Positions 8,857 to 19,553 are shown, counted from the stretch's first letter. The stretch is 32,000 bases of DNA from Candidatus Arthromitus sp. SFB-mouse-Japan (GCF_000270205.1 NC_015913.1:1530329-1562328), one strand, 5' to 3'. Numbers and translations: made by a program. Notes: generated from the letters alone by a model not told the origin.

Positions 8857-9028
8857 CTTAAAATTAAATCTCTAAAAACTAATATTTATTATGCTCAATT
8901 AAAAACATTTTAAACAAATAAAGGAGCTAGGTGACTCTACCCCTTAAATATTATTTCATATATTTAAATTTCCTATAGAATTCAAATGTAATTAGTATGT
9001 TATAAAAACAGTACTTTTCCATTTACAT

Positions 9029-9071
9029 AAAAAAATAAAAAAACTCCTAAAAGATATTCATTTTTTAGGAG
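9029..9071 (-). terminator. Rho-independent terminator after lysS
   Basis: Minus strand has CTCCTAAAA, a loop, then TTTTAGGAG, followed by TTTTTTTTATTTTTT. Confidence 0.75.
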
Positions 9072-9114
9072 CTACATAAATCTCAAACTAAATTAAATAA
9101 TTAAATTGTATTAT

Positions 9115-10587
9115 CTAATCATTCCTTAAGGGTTTCATTGTAGGAAATAATATTACATCTCTTATAGAATAAGAATTCGTCAAAAACATTACAATCCTAT
9201 CAATTCCAATTCCAAGACCACCCGTTGGAGGCATACCATACTCAAGAGAATACATAAAATCCTCATCTATAGAATAAGCCTCATCATCTCCAAGTTCACG
9301 CTCAAGCTCTTGCTTTAAAAATCTTTCCCTCTGAACTATAGGGTCATTAAGTTCTGAATACGCATTGCATATTTCACGACCATATATGAATCCTTCAAAT
9401 CTTTCAGTAAAATCATCATCTCCTCTTTTCTTTTTCGTAAGTGGAGATATTTCAACTGGATAATCGATAATAAAAGTTGGCTGTATTAATTTATTCTCCA
9501 CATATTTTTCAAACATTGCATTTAAAATTTCACCTTTAGAACAATCTTTAAGATCCTTTTTAAACTCAAGCTCATGTTCTTTTGCAATATTATAAGAATC
9601 TTCTATTGTTAAAGTTTTAAAATCAATACCAGAATATTCTCTTACAGCATCAAGCATAGTTATCCTTCTCCACGGAGGAGTAAAATCAATCTCTGTTCCC
9701 TGATACTCAACTTTCATACTTCCACAAACTTTTAAACACACGCTAGATATTAAATCTTCTGTAAGTCTCATCATATCATTATAATCAGAATAAGCTTCAT
9801 AAAGCTCAATCATAGTAAATTCTGGATTATGTTTTATATCGATTCCCTCATTCCTAAAATTTTTACCCATTTCATAAACCTTATCAAATCCAGAAACTAT
9901 AAGCCTTTTTAAATAAAGTTCTGTTGCAATTCTCAAATACATATCCATATTAAGCGTATTATGATGAGTTAAAAACGGACGCGCCGCAGCACCTCCTGCA
10001 ATTAAGGAAAGTATTGGAGTTTCAGCCTCTAAATACCCTCTATTATCTAAAAACAACCGTATCTCAGATATTATCTTGCTTCTCTTTAAAAAAACATCTT
10101 TAACATCCCTATTCATTATTATATCTATTTCTCTGTGTCTATATCTTAAATCCGGATCTGTTATACCGTGAAACTTCTCTGGAAGAACTCTTAGAGATTT
10201 TGATATCAAATCAATCTTTAAAACTCTTATAGTAACTTCTCCAACTTTAGTTTTAAACACTTCACCTTCAACCCATATGATATCACCTATATCATAAGAA
10301 AAAACGCTATCTAACGTCTCTTTACCCACTATATCTACTTTAATAAAAATTTGAATCTGCCCTAATGTATCCTGTATAGTTATAAATCCTGCCTTTCCTT
10401 GTCCTCTCTTAGTCATAATTCTTCCAGCAAGCTTTACAATCTTACCTTCATAATCTAAATAATTATCAATTATATTCTTAGAATAATCTGAAACATCTAC
10501 CTTATAAACATTAAATGGATCCATTCCTTTTTCTTGAAGATCACTGAGTTTATTACGGCGTATTATCTCTTGTTCATTAAATTCCAT
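9115..10587 (-). CDS. lysS: Lysine--tRNA ligase, class II
   Basis: 490 aa with an OB-fold N-domain, class II core motifs ([27 protein letters not shown]) and a conserved greA-lysS arrangement. Confidence 0.95.
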   Translation of the reverse strand: MEFNEQEIIRRNKLSDLQEKGMDPFNVYKVDVSDYSKNIIDNYLDYEGKIVKLAGRIMTKRGQGKAGFITIQDTLGQIQIFIKVDIVGKETLDSVFSYDIGDIIWVEGEVFKTKVGEVTIRVLKIDLISKSLRVLPEKFHGITDPDLRYRHREIDIIMNRDVKDVFLKRSKIISEIRLFLDNRGYLEAETPILSLIAGGAAARPFLTHHNTLNMDMYLRIATELYLKRLIVSGFDKVYEMGKNFRNEGIDIKHNPEFTMIELYEAYSDYNDMMRLTEDLISSVCLKVCGSMKVEYQGTEIDFTPPWRRITMLDAVREYSGIDFKTLTIEDSYNIAKEHELEFKKDLKDCSKGEILNAMFEKYVENKLIQPTFIIDYPVEISPLTKKKRGDDDFTERFEGFIYGREICNAYSELNDPIVQRERFLKQELERELGDDEAYSIDEDFMYSLEYGMPPTGGLGIGIDRIVMFLTNSYSIRDVILFPTMKPLRND

Positions 10588-10609
10588 ATTCGTACTCCCC
10601 TTAAATTAT

Positions 10610-11089
10610 CTACTTCCTCTGTATTTTAACAATCTTATACTTGCAGTTTCCACCTGGAGTATTAACTATAAATTCTTCATCTACTTTCCTTCCTATAATC
10701 TCTGCACCAACAGGCGACTCATTTGATATCTTATTTTCAAAAGTATTGGTCTCAGCCGACCCAACTATTGTATATGTAACTTCCTCTTCAAATTCAAAAT
10801 CATAAAGTGTAACTACAGATCCAATAGATACGACATCTGTTGAAATCTCACTTTCATCTATAAGTTCAATATTTTTAAGTTTATTTTCTATCTCAGCAAT
10901 TCTTCCTTCAACGAAAGCTTGTTCATTCTTAGCCTCATCATATTCTGAATTCTCACTTAAATCACCATATCCACGAGCAACCTTAATCTTTTCTGTAACT
11001 TCTTTTCTTTTAATAGTTTTTAGATATTCAAGCTCTTCCTCTAATTTGCGCAAACCATCATTAGTAATTAGATATTTCTTATCACTCAT
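10610..11089 (-). CDS. greA: Transcription elongation factor GreA
   Basis: 159 aa with the coiled-coil N-domain carrying the acidic tip [13 protein letters not shown]. Confidence 0.95.
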   Translation of the reverse strand: MSDKKYLITNDGLRKLEEELEYLKTIKRKEVTEKIKVARGYGDLSENSEYDEAKNEQAFVEGRIAEIENKLKNIELIDESEISTDVVSIGSVVTLYDFEFEEEVTYTIVGSAETNTFENKISNESPVGAEIIGRKVDEEFIVNTPGGNCKYKIVKIQRK

Positions 11090-11141
11090 AAATACAATCT
11101 TCTCCTTTAATAAAAAATTACTAATAAAAAACTATTTGATA

Positions 11142-11171
11142 ATTATAAAATAATATTAGTTTGTGTGTCAA
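11142..11171 (-). promoter_or_regulatory. Candidate sigma-A promoter for greA-lysS
   Basis: Minus strand TTGACA (11171-11166), 18-nt spacer, TATAAT (11147-11142). It sits immediately after the dusB stop. Confidence 0.45.
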
Positions 11172-11176
11172 TGTAA

Positions 11177-12151
11177 TCAAGCTATATTCTTATATTCTTC
11201 CAACAAATTTAATATTTTATTAGGATCAGTCATTTTAAATATCTCACTTTTAAGTTCAGTCGCTCCGTGAAGTCCTTTAAGATACCAACCTATTTGCTTA
11301 CGCATCCCAAACACTGCCACTCTCTCCTCTTCATATTTTAAAGCTTTATTATAATGTTCAATTAAATCGCTAACAATAAATTCATGTGTTCTTACTTTAG
11401 GAATATACTTCTTACCTTCAAGCTTCGAATTTAAATAATTATTTAAATCTTCAAATATCCAAGGCCTACCATGAGATCCACGGGCAACAGCTGCAAATCT
11501 ACATCCAGTATGATCTAAAATATCAAATCCATCATTACAATTAAATATATCACCATTTGCAATGATAGGAGTTTTAACCATCTTATTAGCTTCTCTTATA
11601 ACATCCCAATCTGCCTTCCCTTTATACATCTGCTTTGTATATCTACCATGTATTGTTATAAAATCAATATCATTACATTCAAGTACTTTTATAACATCAT
11701 AACAATTTATCTTATTTTCATAATATCCAATCCTTATCTTAACCGATAATGGCTTCTTTACTGCACTTCTCAATTTATATGTTATCTCATCAACTTTCTT
11801 GAGATCGAGCGTAAGAGCAGACCCATCACCGTTTTTAATTATCTTTGAGGCAGGACATCCCATATTAACATCTAATATTTTTACATAATCAAGACTTGAT
11901 ATAATTTCACCTGCATGTACTAAATGCTCAGGATTACTCCCAAATATCTGAACTCCAACTTTCTCTTCCAAGTCACCCTTTTCAAATATTTTCTCAGTTT
12001 TATCACTTTTATAATAAAGTGCCGTTGAACTCACCATTTCTGTAAAATTTATCCCATCATGATACTTTACACACATCTCACGAAAAGCAATATTATTTAC
12101 ACCTGCCATCGGAGATAAAATAAATCTACTTTTAAATTCATCATATACCAT
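11177..12151 (-). CDS. dusB: tRNA-dihydrouridine synthase
   Basis: LSPMAGVNNIAFR and NMGCPASKIIKNGDGSAL are Dus-family FMN/TIM-barrel motifs. Confidence 0.9.
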   Translation of the reverse strand: MVYDEFKSRFILSPMAGVNNIAFREMCVKYHDGINFTEMVSSTALYYKSDKTEKIFEKGDLEEKVGVQIFGSNPEHLVHAGEIISSLDYVKILDVNMGCPASKIIKNGDGSALTLDLKKVDEITYKLRSAVKKPLSVKIRIGYYENKINCYDVIKVLECNDIDFITIHGRYTKQMYKGKADWDVIREANKMVKTPIIANGDIFNCNDGFDILDHTGCRFAAVARGSHGRPWIFEDLNNYLNSKLEGKKYIPKVRTHEFIVSDLIEHYNKALKYEEERVAVFGMRKQIGWYLKGLHGATELKSEIFKMTDPNKILNLLEEYKNIA

Positions 12152-12173
12152 CGTTTAATTTTCTCCTTATAAA

Positions 12174-12209
12174 CATAAATAAAAAAGTCTTAGATAAAAT
12201 CTAAGACTT
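12174..12209 (-). terminator. Rho-independent terminator after ftsH
   Basis: Minus strand AAGTCTTAG, 7-nt loop, CTAAGACTT, followed by TTTTTATTTAT. Confidence 0.7.
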
Positions 12210-12213
12210 ACTT

Positions 12214-14019
12214 TTAAGAGTTTTTGAATAATTCTTCAAACTCTTCACCATCAAGCTTTTCTTTCTCTATTAGAGCCTTGGCAACTGCATGAAGTTTTGA
12301 TATGTTCTCTGACAAAAGCGTTTGAGTTTTATTATACGCTTTATCTACTATTTTTTTAATTTCTTTATCAATTTTAGATCCTAGCTCTTCTGAAAAATTT
12401 CTACTCTTTGTGAAATCTCTTCCCAAAAATACTTCATTATCTCCTCCAAAAGAAATAGTTCCAATTTCTTCACTCATACCATATTCCATAACCATTTTTC
12501 TTGCGATGTTACTAACTCTATCAATATCATTTTTAGCTCCTGTGCTTATATCGCCTAGAACTAATTTCTCGGCAACACGACCACCTAAAAGTGATATCAT
12601 ATCTTTCTCAAGGTCAGACTTAGAAATATAATCCTTATCCTCATCAGGTAAATGCATAGTGTATCCACCTGCCATACCTCTTGGTATAATACTTATCTCA
12701 TGAACTTTATCATATTTATCTAACAATCTAGATACAACCGCATGACCAGCTTCATGATAAGCTGTAAGCTTATTAGTTTTCTCAGTCCTAATCTTACTTT
12801 TCTTCTCAGGACCAGCTAATACCCTAGTTATAGCTTCTTCCATTTCATTCATAGTTATAAATTTCTTGCCACGTCTAACTGCTAATAAAGATGCTTCATT
12901 AGTTAAATTTTCAAGATCAGCTCCAGTAAATCCAGGAGTTCTTTTAGCAAGTACATCTAATTTAATTTCCTCTGATAAAGGTTTATTTTTAACATGTATC
13001 TTAAGTATTTCTTCTCTACCCTTAACATCAGGTGCTCCAACTATTATTTGTCTATCAAATCTTCCTGGTCTTAATAATGCAGGATCTAATATATCAGGTC
13101 TATTTGTTGCTGCAATTATTATTATTCCCTCATTTACTCCAAATCCATCCATTTCTACAAGTAACTGATTCAAAGTTTGCTCTCTTTCATCATGTCCTCC
13201 ACCAAGACCTGCTCCTCTATGTCTACCTACAGCATCAATCTCATCTATAAATATAATACATGGAGAATTTTTCTTAGCTTCATTAAATAAATCTCTAACT
13301 CTTGATGCACCTACACCAACAAACATCTCAACAAAGTCTGAACCAGATATACTGAAAAACGGTACTCCTGCTTCACCAGCAACAGCTTTTGCAAGAAGGG
13401 TCTTACCAGTTCCAGGTGGTCCAAATAACAACACACCTTTAGGAATCCTTGCTCCCATTTCTATATACTTCCTAGGTTCTCTTAAGAAATCTACAATTTC
13501 TTCAAGCTCCTCTTTTTCTTCTTTAGCACCAGCAACCTCTTTAAAAGTTATCTTTTTAGTATCTTGAGTAGCCATTTTAGCCCTACTCTTACCAAAATTC
13601 ATAACTCCTCGTCCGCTTCCTCCACCTTGGGATTGTTGCATAAATAAAAACCACAAACCAAGGGACATTACAATAATTATTAAAGACGGAACAAATTGAA
13701 GCCAAGCAAAAACATTGCTTTGTTCTTCGTATAATTCAACTACTTCTCCATTTTTCGGATATTTATCAAATAATAAATTTAATCTATTTTGAGGTACAAC
13801 AGTAACAAATTGCTCTCTGTTTTTAAGGCTACCCTCTATAGCCAAACTTCCTTCTCTTATTTTTATACTTTGTACTTCATCATTTATCCAATACTGTTCA
13901 AACTTACTATATGGTATAGTTTTATCTGTCCTTGTAGATTCAAAATAAAAAAGTCCAACTATAAAAATCATAACAACTATTACAATCCAAGTTGTTATAT
14001 TCGAAAAGCTTTTCTTCAT
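12214..14019 (-). CDS. ftsH: ATP-dependent zinc metalloprotease FtsH
   Basis: Two N-terminal TM helices, AAA motifs [23 protein letters not shown] and IIFIDEIDA, and the zinc site HEAGHA. I take the start at ATG 14019 (MKKSFSN), 8 nt after AAAGGGAGGGGGG. The 17 extra residues in the ORF track are unlikely. Confidence 0.95.
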   Translation of the reverse strand: MKKSFSNITTWIVIVVMIFIVGLFYFESTRTDKTIPYSKFEQYWINDEVQSIKIREGSLAIEGSLKNREQFVTVVPQNRLNLLFDKYPKNGEVVELYEEQSNVFAWLQFVPSLIIIVMSLGLWFLFMQQSQGGGSGRGVMNFGKSRAKMATQDTKKITFKEVAGAKEEKEELEEIVDFLREPRKYIEMGARIPKGVLLFGPPGTGKTLLAKAVAGEAGVPFFSISGSDFVEMFVGVGASRVRDLFNEAKKNSPCIIFIDEIDAVGRHRGAGLGGGHDEREQTLNQLLVEMDGFGVNEGIIIIAATNRPDILDPALLRPGRFDRQIIVGAPDVKGREEILKIHVKNKPLSEEIKLDVLAKRTPGFTGADLENLTNEASLLAVRRGKKFITMNEMEEAITRVLAGPEKKSKIRTEKTNKLTAYHEAGHAVVSRLLDKYDKVHEISIIPRGMAGGYTMHLPDEDKDYISKSDLEKDMISLLGGRVAEKLVLGDISTGAKNDIDRVSNIARKMVMEYGMSEEIGTISFGGDNEVFLGRDFTKSRNFSEELGSKIDKEIKKIVDKAYNKTQTLLSENISKLHAVAKALIEKEKLDGEEFEELFKNS

Positions 14020-14181
14020 TATTTTAACCCCCCTCCCTTTATCAAAATAAATACTATAAAATTTTATCACACCAATTTTTATTAAACAAGTCAGTTGTTT
14101 TATTATTTATCAAGTTATTTTATTTTTAGATATCTTCTTATTTACTAATCATTCCAATATAAAATATTACCAATTTTAAAT

Positions 14182-14721
14182 TTATTTATACACACTCTCA
14201 TCAAGCACACCTATGTATGATAAATTTCTATATTTTTCAGCATAATCAAGCCCATATCCAACTACAAATTCATTTCCAACTTTAAATCCTTTATATTTAG
14301 CATCTATATTTACCTTTCTACCACTAGGCTTATCCAATAACGTTATTATTTCAACACTTTTAGCACCCTTGCCTTTTATATAATTACAAATATAATTTAG
14401 CGTTATTCCCGTATCTATAATATCCTCAACAATTAATATATCCTTTCCCTCAACAGACATATCTAAATCTTTCATTATTCTAACTTGTCCTGAACTAATA
14501 ATTGAATTACCATAAGACGATACACCCATAAAATCAATTTCAACATATGTATTTATATATTTCATGAGATCAGCCATAAACATCAAAGACCCCTTTAATA
14601 TACACACAAGGAGTAACTCTCTATCTTTATAATCTCTACTTATTTCTTCTCCCAATAATTTAACCTTACCTTGAATTTGTTCCTTACTTATTAATATATT
14701 TTTAATATCATTATTTATCAT
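14182..14721 (-). CDS. hpt: Hypoxanthine-guanine phosphoribosyltransferase
   Basis: PRPP-binding motif ILIVEDIIDTGITL in a 179-aa protein. Conserved tilS-hpt-ftsH order, with an 11-nt overlap with tilS. Confidence 0.95.
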   Translation of the reverse strand: MINNDIKNILISKEQIQGKVKLLGEEISRDYKDRELLLVCILKGSLMFMADLMKYINTYVEIDFMGVSSYGNSIISSGQVRIMKDLDMSVEGKDILIVEDIIDTGITLNYICNYIKGKGAKSVEIITLLDKPSGRKVNIDAKYKGFKVGNEFVVGYGLDYAEKYRNLSYIGVLDESVYK

Positions 14722-16168
14722 AAATATTCTCCTCTATAAAATCTAATTTTATTTTCAATAATTTTTTACTATCAGGCATTACCTTATAATCATTACTATT
14801 TCTAACTCCAACCACCCAAACAATTGTATTATCAAAGCAAATTAAAGGTATACAACTCCTATTAAAAACCTTCTCATTTATAAAAAAATCTTTTAATTTT
14901 TTGTCCCTGTCCATCCCAAAAGGTTTAAATAAATCTCCTATCTTCTTATTCCTAATAGCTATAGATTCTTTCAAATCATCTATAGAGAAATATTTTTCAT
15001 AATTTAAAGTAAAATCTAAGTTGCAATTTTGATTCTCTAATACTTTAAAGCTAATTCTTAACTTTGAACCTAAAAACTTAACATTTCGCTCTATGAAATT
15101 CACTTCTCCAAGTTTAAGTTTTAATATATCATTTCTATCAATTAATTCTAAAAATGAATATTCAACATCCAAAATGTTTGGAGCTTTACTTAAAATTTTT
15201 ATACATTTATTATAATTTACAACAAATAAATTTTTCTTAATCTGTATGATCTTATATACATTTTTAATTGATAAATCTTCTATGTACTTTATATGTTTAA
15301 AACTTACATTATTAATATGTCCACAAAACATAAAAATACATTGTCTAATAAGTCTATATAAAATAGATTTATGTAATGTAAATACATTTTTTTGTATAGT
15401 TATACAATCACAATCAATACTTACGTATTTATCTATAAAACGTTTTACAATATCTGAAAAATATTCATTGTCATAGCTCGAGATTTCTTTTAAGGTTAAA
15501 ATATTTTTAGATATATCCTTAGAGAAACTTTCATTTATTTTTGGAATAAGCGATAGTCTAATTTTATTTCTTAAATAATCTTCAGACAAATTACTCTTAT
15601 CTATTATGAACTCTATATTATTGTTATTTAAATACCTCTCTATATCATTTAATCTACTTAAACACAATATAGGTCTTATATAAAAACCATCTCTTTTTAC
15701 TTTTATTCCCTCTATTCCTTCTATTCCAGTACCATTAAAAATTCTCATAATAATAGTCTCAACATCATCATCAGCGTGATGTGCTAAAGCACATTTTGTT
15801 ATGATACCTTTATTTTTCAAATTGGAAAATATATTATATCTAGTTTCCCTCCCTCCCATCTCTACAGATATCTTTCGTTCATTACTGTATTTTAAAACAT
15901 CAACTCTAAATGATTTAAACTCAATATTATTTTTTATACAAAAATTTTCAGAGAACTTCTCATCTAAATATGAATCGTTCCCTCTTAACATGTGATTTAC
16001 ATGAATTGCTAAAATCTTAAATCCTAAAGATAAAGATAATTTATTCAAAACATATGTCATAAAAACAGAATCGGCTCCACCAGATAAAGCGCATCCCACA
16101 ATTTCCCCATAGGAAATTAAATCATTTGAGATAATAAAATTCTTAATTTTCTTTATAGTATCATCCAT
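14711..16168 (-). CDS. tilS: tRNA(Ile)-lysidine synthase
   Basis: PP-loop motif ALSGGADS plus the C-terminal TilS substrate-binding domain. Start taken at ATG 16168 after a GGAGA SD; the ORF-track TTG 16189 is upstream of that SD. Confidence 0.9.
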   Translation of the reverse strand: MDDTIKKIKNFIISNDLISYGEIVGCALSGGADSVFMTYVLNKLSLSLGFKILAIHVNHMLRGNDSYLDEKFSENFCIKNNIEFKSFRVDVLKYSNERKISVEMGGRETRYNIFSNLKNKGIITKCALAHHADDDVETIIMRIFNGTGIEGIEGIKVKRDGFYIRPILCLSRLNDIERYLNNNNIEFIIDKSNLSEDYLRNKIRLSLIPKINESFSKDISKNILTLKEISSYDNEYFSDIVKRFIDKYVSIDCDCITIQKNVFTLHKSILYRLIRQCIFMFCGHINNVSFKHIKYIEDLSIKNVYKIIQIKKNLFVVNYNKCIKILSKAPNILDVEYSFLELIDRNDILKLKLGEVNFIERNVKFLGSKLRISFKVLENQNCNLDFTLNYEKYFSIDDLKESIAIRNKKIGDLFKPFGMDRDKKLKDFFINEKVFNRSCIPLICFDNTIVWVVGVRNSNDYKVMPDSKKLLKIKLDFIEENIYDK

Positions 16169-16213
16169 AAAATTTCTCCAAATATGCAATTTAATCTAAT
16201 TATAAGGATTTTT

Positions 16214-16256
16214 CAAAAAAAAATCAAAAGCCCTTTTATATTTAATAAAAGGGCTC
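16214..16256 (-). terminator. Rho-independent terminator after spoIIE
   Basis: Minus strand GCCCTTTTAT, loop, ATAAAAGGGC, followed by TTTTGATTTTTTTTT. Confidence 0.75.
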
Positions 16257-16267
16257 TTATTTTTAAT

Positions 16268-18622
16268 TTAATTTTTGTATACTTTAGATACTATTACACT
16301 AACATCATCTTGAAAAGATCCTGAATTTAATATTTTAAATTCTCTTAAAATCTCTTCACATAATTTATCAGGAGATGATACATCACATCTCTTAAGAAAT
16401 GTATATAGCCACGCTTTATTTGATAAATCCTTAAAATGAATAAGTCCATCTGTTAAATGAACTAAAATATCTCCGCACTCAAGATCAAATTCAGAGCTTA
16501 ATATTCTTATATCATCATCTAAAGAGTTATCATTTAAATCCCTTTCATTTCCTAATATAAATACCTCATTATTCCTTTTTATATATGTAATAATAGATGA
16601 AAATTTTAAATAATTCATTTTCCCTGTATACAAATCAATTCTAGCAAAATCTATAGTAGATATTGCCTCATCTCTAAAAAATTTAAGGGAAATTATTGAT
16701 ATTATTTCTTTAATACAAGATGAAAGAGATAAACTTGTCCTTACAAATTTATATATTAAATCAACTGTAAACTTACTTTTATTATAAGCCTCAATTCCAG
16801 ATCCTATCCCATCACTCAATATAATTAAATAATCATCATTAATACTATTAGTACAAATATAACTATCTCCATTTTTATCTTTTTTAGATAATTGAAGGCA
16901 ATGAGATACAACATTATAACAATACTTCTCAACATATGTAACAATTATTTCATCATTAGAATTTATATATTTAGATGGTTCATCTTGTATAATCATCTCT
17001 CTATCTAAAGCAATATTTATAATATCTAACAAATCATTTTTATACTCTATAAATATATTATAAGGAAGAATTATCTTAACTTTTAATCGTTCGCTTTCTT
17101 CGTAACAAATAATATCAAAATATTTTATGTTAAATTTATTAAATTTACTTATAAGACTCTTTTCATAATTAACCTTTATTACAATGTCTTTTTTAACCTC
17201 TTTAATACTCTGATTAATTATATTGTGAAGATTTTTTAATTCATAAGACAACATATCTTGAGCTTCATAAATCCTTTCTTCATAAACCTTCTGTATATTA
17301 TAAAAATTAGAAATCTTATATAACTCATTTTTGAATTTATCTTTCCTTATACATAAACCATCTATATATTCTGTTAAACTTTTATCACCCTGTATAAAAT
17401 TATCAAGACTTAAAAGCATCTCTGTTCTAACTTTATTAAAATTAACTTTCCAACATTTATTAACATTACTACATTCTCCACAAACACTTTCTGCAAGTAT
17501 TTCAATATATATTTTCTTATCTAAAATTTTATATTTGAAATTGACATTAGATACTATCATATCTGACAATTCCTTAATTATATCATTAAACTCATTTATC
17601 TTTTGTATTCTCATATCAAGAGTATTAAATAATCTCTTATTTGTATAAAATTCCTTTTTATATTCTTCATTAAAATACATGGTTATCTTCATCAAATAAC
17701 TTTTAGGAACAACATCAAATATCACTGATCCTATAAATATCTCTATTAAAAATAAATTACTTCCAATATCCATAGATGACATATTAGATAATTTTAATAT
17801 TAATACACACACTATAGAAATAACAGATACAGTAAACCTTGATGATAAAGATAAAAACGAAGATACAGTTGCAATCACACTATATATAGCTATATACTCT
17901 GTAAAATTTCCATAAATAAATCCCATTATACTCCCAGAAAATACAGCACATATAACTCCAACTGACATTCCATTTATGTAAGACATCATAAATACAAATA
18001 ACACAATTAATATATTTGATAAATCAAGGTTAAAAATTTTAAACCCATTAATACCACAAAGAATTAAACATGTAGTTATTACCAAACATATTATATCTTC
18101 TTTTTTAAATATATAATTAGTATTAAAATAACTTATACTCTTAATAAATATGTCGAAAACATAATATAGTACATAAATAATCCCAACCTCTATAGTAATA
18201 GAAAATAAGGTAGGATATATAGAAAACCTCACATAAAAATATTTATATATATAACTTATCAAACAAATTAAAAGCAATATAAATAATCTGTGTTTCTTTT
18301 TAATGTTAAAAAATATTCCTAAAAATATCAGAATCATATTTATTATTATATATAAATCAAAAGAATCAAAATTTGATCTTATACTAAAATATCCCAATAT
18401 ACTAAAAATACCTACAAGAACAGTTAAAACCTTATTATTTTTAAACATGATAATAGCAGTAAATGCTATACCAATAGGAGCTATATAAAATAGTATGTTT
18501 ATACGACTTAATAATAATGCAATCAGAGCATATATTAAAAGTTTCTTAATATCCAATAAATTACTCAGCTTTTCATAATAATTTTCTCCATTATTATTGA
18601 ATAGTTTTCCATTATAAATCAT
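16268..18622 (-). CDS. spoIIE: Stage II sporulation protein E (polytopic membrane PP2C phosphatase)
   Basis: 784 aa. The N-terminal third is about 10 hydrophobic helices. The C-terminal PP2C domain carries LSDGIGSG, HLTDGL and QDDVSVIV. Its position after yabR and tRNA genes matches B. subtilis. Confidence 0.9.
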   Translation of the reverse strand: MIYNGKLFNNNGENYYEKLSNLLDIKKLLIYALIALLLSRINILFYIAPIGIAFTAIIMFKNNKVLTVLVGIFSILGYFSIRSNFDSFDLYIIINMILIFLGIFFNIKKKHRLFILLLICLISYIYKYFYVRFSIYPTLFSITIEVGIIYVLYYVFDIFIKSISYFNTNYIFKKEDIICLVITTCLILCGINGFKIFNLDLSNILIVLFVFMMSYINGMSVGVICAVFSGSIMGFIYGNFTEYIAIYSVIATVSSFLSLSSRFTVSVISIVCVLILKLSNMSSMDIGSNLFLIEIFIGSVIFDVVPKSYLMKITMYFNEEYKKEFYTNKRLFNTLDMRIQKINEFNDIIKELSDMIVSNVNFKYKILDKKIYIEILAESVCGECSNVNKCWKVNFNKVRTEMLLSLDNFIQGDKSLTEYIDGLCIRKDKFKNELYKISNFYNIQKVYEERIYEAQDMLSYELKNLHNIINQSIKEVKKDIVIKVNYEKSLISKFNKFNIKYFDIICYEESERLKVKIILPYNIFIEYKNDLLDIINIALDREMIIQDEPSKYINSNDEIIVTYVEKYCYNVVSHCLQLSKKDKNGDSYICTNSINDDYLIILSDGIGSGIEAYNKSKFTVDLIYKFVRTSLSLSSCIKEIISIISLKFFRDEAISTIDFARIDLYTGKMNYLKFSSIITYIKRNNEVFILGNERDLNDNSLDDDIRILSSEFDLECGDILVHLTDGLIHFKDLSNKAWLYTFLKRCDVSSPDKLCEEILREFKILNSGSFQDDVSVIVSKVYKN

Positions 18623-18647
18623 TACTTCACCTTTAAAATAATTCCAA

Positions 18648-18682
18648 TTTTTGTAAATAATTATATCACTTATTTACAAAAA
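18648..18682 (-). promoter_or_regulatory. Candidate spoIIE promoter: extended -10 (TGATATAAT, 18668-18660) enclosed by a perfect 13-bp inverted repeat
   Basis: Plus-strand TTTTTGTAAATAA (18648-18660) and TTATTTACAAAAA (18670-18682) are exact reverse complements. The 9-nt spacer plus one arm base reads TGATATAAT on the minus strand, about 38 nt upstream of the spoIIE ATG. The -35 position is poor (TATGTT). Confidence 0.45.
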
Positions 18683-18711
18683 AACATATTAATTTAATGT
18701 TAAGTAATTCC

Positions 18712-18750
18712 ATAAAAAACTAAAAAAGAACAACCAAGAATGGTTGCTCT
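18712..18750 (-). terminator. Rho-independent terminator after the tRNA operon
   Basis: Minus strand AGAGCAACCA, loop TTCT, TGGTTGTTCT (one G-U pair), followed by TTTTTTAGTTTTTTAT. Confidence 0.75.
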
Positions 18751-18764
18751 TAAATATTCGATAA

Positions 18765-18841
18765 TGGTAGCGGAAATAGGACTCGAACCTACGACACACC
18801 GGGTATGAACCGATTGCTCTAGCCAACTGAGCTATTCCGCC
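18765..18841 (-). tRNA. tRNA-Met (CAT), elongator type
   Basis: Reverse complement is GGCGGAATAGCTCAGTTGGCTAGAGCAATCGGTTCATACCCGGTGTGTCGTAGGTTCGAGTCCTATTTCCGCTACCA. It folds as a cloverleaf with anticodon CAT, lacks the three G-C pairs of initiators, and encodes CCA. Confidence 0.85.
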
Positions 18842-18845
18842 AAAA

Positions 18846-18921
<76 letters not shown>

Positions 18922-18927
18922 ATAATA

Positions 18928-19016
18928 TGGTGCTGAAGACCGGACTCGAACCGGTACGGTATTTTAGTACCGCAGGATTTTAAGTCCTGTGCGTCTGCCA
19001 GTTTCGCCACTTCAGC
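18928..19016 (-). tRNA. tRNA-Leu (TAA), class II with long variable arm
   Basis: Reverse complement is GCTGAAGTGGCGAAACTGGCAGACGCACAGGACTTAAAATCCTGCGGTACTAAAATACCGTACCGGTTCGAGTCCGGTCTTCAGCACCA. It is 89 nt with anticodon TAA. Confidence 0.9.
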
Positions 19017-19048
19017 TTATTTATTAAATTGTTATTTTCTACTTTGTT

Positions 19049-19077
19049 AGTATATATCTTTTTAAATTATATGTCAA
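19049..19077 (-). promoter_or_regulatory. Near-consensus sigma-A promoter for the tRNA operon
   Basis: Minus strand TTGACA (19077-19072), 17-nt spacer, TATACT (19054-19049). The -10 ends about 32 nt upstream of the tRNA-Leu 5' end. Confidence 0.65.
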
Positions 19078-19095
19078 TACTTTTTTAATATATTT

Positions 19096-19518
19096 TTATC
19101 CAAAATTTCTTTTATTATATCCTCTTTGTTTAGAATCTTGGTTCTTTCTAAAATCTTGCATCCTTTCCTCACTATCTTTTAAATATTTAGATAAAATATC
19201 CTCAAAATTTGATGCATTACTTTTTGGAGTAGCATGTATTCTATCATTATTTTTTTTATAGTTATTATTGCCCACATTTAATGAATTACCTTCTGCTTGT
19301 TTTAAAGATAAACTAATTTTACCAGAATCATCTATAGATAAAACCTTTACCCTAACATCTAACTTATCCTTTAAATAATCTCTTATATCCTTTATATATT
19401 TATTCGAAACCTCTGATATATGTACAAGCCCCGTTTCTCCATTAATATCTACAAAAGCACCGAAGTTAGTTATGTTAACAACCTTTCCTTCGTATATGTT
19501 CCCTATGACTAAAGCCAT
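19096..19518 (-). CDS. yabR: S1 RNA-binding domain protein (YabR family)
   Basis: N-terminal S1 domain (GNIYEGKVVNITNFGAFVDINGETGLVHISEVS) with a basic low-complexity tail. Position after divIC matches B. subtilis. Confidence 0.85.
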   Translation of the reverse strand: MALVIGNIYEGKVVNITNFGAFVDINGETGLVHISEVSNKYIKDIRDYLKDKLDVRVKVLSIDDSGKISLSLKQAEGNSLNVGNNNYKKNNDRIHATPKSNASNFEDILSKYLKDSEERMQDFRKNQDSKQRGYNKRNFG

Positions 19519-19553
19519 ATTAATTTTATTCCTCCTTAAAATAATCTAATATT

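Noticed and set aside
8931-8978. 15-codon plus-strand mini-ORF (GTG ACT CTA ... TAG) following an AAGGAG in the lysS/ClpX-like spacer
   Set aside because: The SD-to-GTG spacing is only 4 nt and the peptide (MTLPLKYYFIYLNFL) has no recognisable features. It lies antisense to the expected leader of the ClpX-like gene.
14028-14040. G-rich run (GGGAGGGGGG on the minus strand) forming the ftsH SD, considered as a slippage-prone phase-variation tract
   Set aside because: A 6-base homopolymer is short for phase variation, and ftsH is an essential housekeeping gene. A strong SD is the more likely explanation.
18623-18764. Spo0A boxes (TGTCGAA-type) upstream of spoIIE
   Set aside because: No match to the core with the CG dinucleotide was found on either strand of the intergenic region.
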